Assembly: GCA_963714015.1 (NCBI GenBank)
Contig: OY970223.1
Coordinates: forward strand, 3,072,001 to 3,136,000
Direction of reading: 5' to 3'
Source of the DNA: Vulcanimicrobiota bacterium
GTDB lineage: Bacteria > Vulcanimicrobiota > Vulcanimicrobiia > Vulcanimicrobiales > Vulcanimicrobiaceae
Length of the DNA: 64,000 bases
The position numbers were made by a program, and so were the translations under genes. Within the stretch, counting starts at the first letter, position 1, and the number at the start of each line of letters is the position of its first letter. Below, piece by piece: positions 60,445 to 64,000 of this stretch. The notes beneath the pieces are model-generated. The model searched no databases, had not been told where the DNA came from, and saw only the letters and a program-made list of their open reading frames with translations.

Positions 60445-62541
60445 TCACTTATGGGAAGCAATGATCTCCGCGTACGTTTTGCTGGCCTCCGTCGGAACGC
60501 GAGTCAGGTTCGGATCGCGATCGAGATCGATATGATAGAGTCCGAAATCGCTGCTGTCGTCGAACGGCAAGCCCCACTCGCGGTTGGAGGTGATGCTCCA
60601 GCAAAGATAGGCGACTACCGGAGAGCCGCGCTGCACCGCGCGATCGACTTGTGCGATGTGCGCCTCCAAGTAACGCGCGCGGGAAAAACCGTCCGCATTC
60701 GTGACGCAGCCGTTTTCGATTACGATGATCGGTTTGCCCGGAAACAACTCTTCCGTTTCACGCAGAATGTCGTCCAGAACGCTGGGCCACACCGGAGCCA
60801 TCGCATAGTGACATTCGGCGGCAGCTGAAAGCCGGTGCAATTCGTTCGGCCAGAACGAGGGGATTCCCCAGTAATAATCGACACCGGCAAAGTCGAGCGC
60901 GCCTACGCACTCCCGCGGACACAGAAACTCCGGCAGCCGGCCGGCCATGCCGAGGTTCCACCAATTCGTGCCCACCAGTGTCCCGAACATTCCAATCGAC
61001 TTGCGCAGTCCGTCGAAGACGTGCAGGGGCGAGCGCGTCGCGTTCAGCCGGCGGTTCCCCGTAACGGGAACGAATCGCACCGGCGCATGCTCCGATCCGA
61101 AGATCTCTGCGGCAATGCAGCGCGCCAAATCGGGTTCCATGCCGGAGTAGTTTCCGCGATCGTCGCACGCGCACAGTCCTTCGACGCCGGGGCGGACTCC
61201 GACGCGCAGAATACCCCGCTTGCGGATCGCTTCCAACGATCGATCCGGTTCGGGTCCGGCGAGGTCAGTGCTCGCCAGCGTGTTGCGGTTGTGTCCCTCG
61301 GGCAGCTCGGGATGACTCTTTTTGTACTTGCGCAGCGCGCGGTCTACGGCATCCAGCAGCGAGCGGCTACCCAGCGCGACGGCCACGCCGTAGGCATGCG
61401 GATGCGCCGGAATCAGCGAGATCGCGAACGGATCGGCTGAATATTGCCGCAGCATCACGTCGTCGTGAAACACGGCGTCGATCGTTCCCTCGCGCAGGGC
61501 CTGAACCGCCGCGTCGGTTTGCGCGTAATAGCGGACGTCAGCGGCGGTAAATATACCGCCGGACATCTCGGCCGCCGGCGTATCCTCCACAACGCCGGCG
61601 CGGCCTTTCCACTCCAGAAGATCCGCAGGCAGCGATGCTGCGGCGCGATGAAGCACCGCTAAGTGCACCAGCAGGTACGGCTCCGAAAAAAAGACTCGAT
61701 GCATCCGCTTCTGGGTCATGGTCAGCTGCGCGATGGAAATGTCCACTTGGCCGCTGTCGACGAAGCCGTGTTCCGCAAGCAGCTTTCCGCGCCGGCGAGC
61801 TTGCTCCGGCGACTTCAGATGCGTGGCATTGCGGTCGACCAGCCGCTGAAGCCAGCGCGGAAGACCGAGGACCAGCGGATTCGAGCCGACCAGTGCTTGC
61901 GGCTGTACGGCGCGGATCGCCTCACGCGCCCGCGCGTGCGCTCGGAACAGGTTCGGAATGAGCTGCAAAACGGCGTCCATCTGACGCTCGCCGGAAGCGC
62001 CCGGTTCCAGCCCCGGCGGCATGGGATAGGCCCGCATCCAAAAACCTTTGATGAAGCCGTAAACGAGTTGGCTCGGCTCGTTGAGAGTGACGTAATAGTC
62101 GATCAGATCGCCGAGCCGGCTCGCCACTTGTGATGCATAGGCGGCCATGCGCGCCGGAAAATGCGAATCGAGCAATCCGGCTCCGTTTCCCGCCGCCTGC
62201 ACGTGCAGCGGCCATGTATTGTGGTGCAGGGTGACGACAGTCATCATCTGCGCGTCGCGCATGTACTGAAGTACCTCGCGGTAATGCGCGAAAACGGATT
62301 CATCCCAGATGCCGGCTTCGGGCTCGAGCCGTGCCCAGGACAATGAAAGCCGGAAGGCCGAACAGCCTAGCCCCCTGGCGAGATCGACGTCTTCACGGTA
62401 GCGGTTCCAAAAATCGGTTGCCTTACCGCGCGGCGTGAGTCCGCGTACGCGTTCCCAAACGTCGCGCACGTCGTCTTGTCCGTTATAGGCTTCGCATTGG
62501 TGATCGGCGGTGGCCACGCCGAAGCGGTAGCGTTTCTGCAT
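60445..62541 (-). CDS. glycoside hydrolase family 1 with an inserted, circularly permuted family-3 solute-binding domain
   Basis: FGVATADHQCE, RYREDV, FRLSLSWARLEP, TLHH, TLNEP, IENG and WS..N.EW..FGL; ~240-aa SBP-like insert at about 61035-61760. Confidence 0.88.
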   Translation of the reverse strand: MQKRYRFGVATADHQCEAYNGQDDVRDVWERVRGLTPRGKATDFWNRYREDVDLARGLGCSAFRLSLSWARLEPEAGIWDESVFAHYREVLQYMRDAQMMTVVTLHHNTWPLHVQAAGNGAGLLDSHFPARMAAYASQVASRLGDLIDYYVTLNEPSQLVYGFIKGFWMRAYPMPPGLEPGASGERQMDAVLQLIPNLFRAHARAREAIRAVQPQALVGSNPLVLGLPRWLQRLVDRNATHLKSPEQARRRGKLLAEHGFVDSGQVDISIAQLTMTQKRMHRVFFSEPYLLVHLAVLHRAAASLPADLLEWKGRAGVVEDTPAAEMSGGIFTAADVRYYAQTDAAVQALREGTIDAVFHDDVMLRQYSADPFAISLIPAHPHAYGVAVALGSRSLLDAVDRALRKYKKSHPELPEGHNRNTLASTDLAGPEPDRSLEAIRKRGILRVGVRPGVEGLCACDDRGNYSGMEPDLARCIAAEIFGSEHAPVRFVPVTGNRRLNATRSPLHVFDGLRKSIGMFGTLVGTNWWNLGMAGRLPEFLCPRECVGALDFAGVDYYWGIPSFWPNELHRLSAAAECHYAMAPVWPSVLDDILRETEELFPGKPIIVIENGCVTNADGFSRARYLEAHIAQVDRAVQRGSPVVAYLCWSITSNREWGLPFDDSSDFGLYHIDLDRDPNLTRVPTEASKTYAEIIASHK

Positions 62542-62584
62542 GCGCAACGGATGTTCGCCGCCGAGCGCGAACCCCTCCGGCGCA

Positions 62585-63317
62585 ATGAGATTCAGCAACA
62601 AAACTTGCTTGGTAACGGGAGGCGGTTCCGGAATCGGTCGCGCAACGTGCGTGCGCATGGCTGCCGAAGGCGGAAACGTCGTTGTGGCCGACCTGCACCA
62701 ACAGGCGGCACAGGCAACCGCGGATCAGATTGGAGCCGCGGGCGGGCGCGCGATCGCGGTGGAGCTCGACGTAGGCAACTCCGCGCAGGTCCAAGCGGGC
62801 ATAGCGAAAGCGCTCGAGTCGTTCGGCTCGCTTGACGTCATCGTGAACGACGCCGCGATGATGACCTTTCAGCCGATCGTCGATCTGCCCGAAGCCGATT
62901 TTTTCCGCGTGATTACCACAAACTTAGGGTCGGTATTCTTCTTCGCCAAGTACGGTGTGCCGCATATGCCGCCCGGCTCCTCGATCGTCAACATCAGACT
63001 CCGTGCATGCCCACGAGACGACGGAGAACGTCGTTCCTTACGCGGCTTCAAAAGGCGCGATCGAGTCTTTTACTCGCGGCTTCAGCATCGAGATGGAGTC
63101 GCGGAAGATCCGCGTGAACAGCGTCGCTCCCGGAGCCGTCGATACGCCGATGCTCTGGAACAATCCCAACGTCAAGAGCGGCGCCGAGAAGATCGAAGGT
63201 GCAATCGGAAAACCCGAGGACCTCGCCGCGGCAATCTGCTTCATCGCCTCGGACGAAGCGCGCTTCGTCAATGGAACGACGCTGGTGGTCGACGGCGGCC
63301 GCCTGGATATTCTTTAG
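62585..63317 (+). CDS. SDR family oxidoreductase; frameshift near 62998
   Basis: TGGGSGIG, NDAA and IVNI, then (other frame) SVH...YAASK, IRVNSVAPG and VDGG. Confidence 0.88.
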
Positions 63318-63346
63318 ATCCTTGCTTTCGGGGAAAGATGCAAGTC

Positions 63347-63517
63347 ATGACTGAGGAACACAAGCGCGAAGGCCTTTTTGAAGACGACGATTTGGACGAC
63401 GCAATCATCAGCGCGGACGATACCGGCATGATCGCGCAGCAGCACGTGATCGCGGAGGAGGAAATCGCCGCGGGCGGAGATTCGGCAGACGAAGACGAGG
63501 ACACGAACCAACCTTGA
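63347..63517 (+). CDS. small, highly acidic hypothetical protein
   Basis: MTEEHKREGLFEDDDLDD...DEDEDTNQP; fills the gap, and its stop overlaps the next start. Confidence 0.55.
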   Translation: MTEEHKREGLFEDDDLDDAIISADDTGMIAQQHVIAEEEIAAGGDSADEDEDTNQP

Positions 63518-64000
63518 ACTGACCTGCGTGATTTTGGCTGCCGGAACGTCGAGCCGTTTCGGCGGCCGTAATAAGTTGCTCGTGCACGAAGCGGGCCAAA
63601 CGCCGCTCATCGCTCGCGCCATCCGCGCGTGCGCCGGCTTTCCGGTCGTCGCCGTTTGCTCGCTCGAGACCGCGCCGCCCGCTGAAGCTCTGGGCGCCGT
63701 CGTCGTCATGAACGACGCTCCGCAATACGGCATGGCGCACTCGTTGCAACTCGCCGATGCGGCCGTCGCGCCGGAACGGGCGATTGCAATATTGCCCGCC
63801 GATCTCGCCGAGATCGAGCCGCAGCACTTACGCCTGCTCGCGGAGCGCTTCCGCGGCGTCGACGTACTCTATCCGCGTCGCCGTGACGGAACACCCGGGC
63901 ATCCCGTTCTTTTCTCGGCGCAGGCGCGCCGCGGAATTGCGGCCTTACCGCGCGGGGACACCATTCGCATGCTGCGTGCCGCTCCGCGCTTGCGGCGTCT
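63514..64000 (+). CDS. MocA/MobA-like nucleotidyltransferase (partial, runs off the window)
   Basis: Hand translation: CVILAAGTSSRFGGRNKLL...GMAHSL...LPADL...GHPVLF. Start is uncertain (TTG 63514 plus one missing base, or GTG 63528). Confidence 0.82.

Noticed and set aside
62540..63517. Apparent SDR fused to an acidic tail
   Set aside because: Artefact of the frameshift near 62998; the SDR C-terminal half is in another frame and ends at 63317.
1..64000. CRISPR array, rRNA, intact transposase or prophage structural genes
   Set aside because: No regularly spaced repeats or such genes were seen by eye.

Overview
GC-rich (~60% by eye) bacterial chromosome segment. The gene mix (group 1h hydrogenase, six lipoproteins with Vgb/NHL-type beta-propeller repeats, a Bacillus-like asd-dapG-dapA order) suggests a soil Terrabacteria organism, plausibly Eremiobacterota; this is inference only. 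From left to right: (1) core genes on the minus strand (TagA-like glycosyltransferase, dapA, aspartokinase, asd, dapB, pcrA, a GT4/NDP-sugar cluster, and an ECF sigma/anti-sigma/serine hydrolase operon). (2) A tRNA-Gln/tRNA-Glu pair. tRNA-Glu is followed by a ~5.1 kb decayed island bounded by a 20-bp direct repeat of the tRNA 3' end, carrying an integrase remnant, a DUF2971-like gene and a broken TPR-PIN gene; a second, older integrase remnant lies just outside it. (3) A complete group 1h high-affinity [NiFe]-hydrogenase locus (NiCoT, hypBA, hemerythrin, hhySL, accessory genes, hypCDE, gmhA-like, glutaredoxin-like, hypF). (4) An accessory region of lipoproteins, regulators, a DPP-IV peptidase, pspA with a two-component system, and msrA. 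The most unusual item is a GH1 glycosidase with a circularly permuted amino-acid-binding (SBP family 3) domain inserted between its two catalytic glutamates. Single-base frameshifts in about a dozen otherwise intact genes point to assembly indel errors. All family assignments come from motif recognition by eye; no database search was run.
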